A model generated the notes under the pieces. The model searched no databases. It saw nothing but the letters and a program-made list of their open reading frames with translations, and had not been told where the DNA came from. A stretch of DNA of 35,752 bases from Bigelowiella natans CCMP2755 (taxonomy: Eukaryota; Protista; Cercozoa), in assembly GCA_000320545.1 (NCBI GenBank), contig ADNK01001426.1, positions 1 through 35,752 on the forward strand, read 5' to 3'. Every line of letters starts with the position of its first letter. Within the stretch, counting starts at the first letter, position 1. Shown one piece after another: positions 35,740-35,752 of the stretch. The translations under genes were made by a program, and so were the position numbers.

Positions 35740-35752
35740 CTTCCCAGCCCTA

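Noticed and set aside
35735-35752. Terminal fold-back (taggct-tccc-agcccta) as a hairpin telomere or chromosome fusion
   Set aside because: Only 13 non-telomeric bases at the sequence end, most likely a low-quality consensus or chimeric read end. Raw reads would be needed.

Overview
Eukaryotic nuclear chromosome end, intron-rich, finishing in a (TTAGGG)n telomere at ~35435-35739. Four genes have signal-peptide plus transit-like leaders and the FtsZ looks red-lineage, so the host is probably a secondary-plastid alga, most likely a chlorarachniophyte (inference). Genes were spliced by hand, and gene ends are less certain than the conserved cores. They are: a HemW/HemN-like radical SAM protein (3' part outside the window), RDD and EF-hand exons (probably one fused gene), BLOC-1 subunit 4, CCB3, a large protein with three tandem Trp/Cys repeats plus a coiled coil, a stand-alone isochorismate synthase (menF), plastid ftsZ, PAK1IP1/Mak11, and a Cdc20/Cdh1-like N-terminus that stops where the WD40 domain should begin. 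The strongest signal is non-coding. Intergenic and subtelomeric repeat blocks have lost almost all TpA dinucleotides (hand counts: 4 in 940 bp; 8 in 990 bp, 7 of those in CTAG). Repeat copies differ by TA->TG and TA->CA changes, while neighbouring introns keep long pure (TA)n arrays. This suggests repeat-targeted A:T->G:C hypermutation, a 'reverse-RIP' genome defence, that spares CTAG and may locally amplify it.
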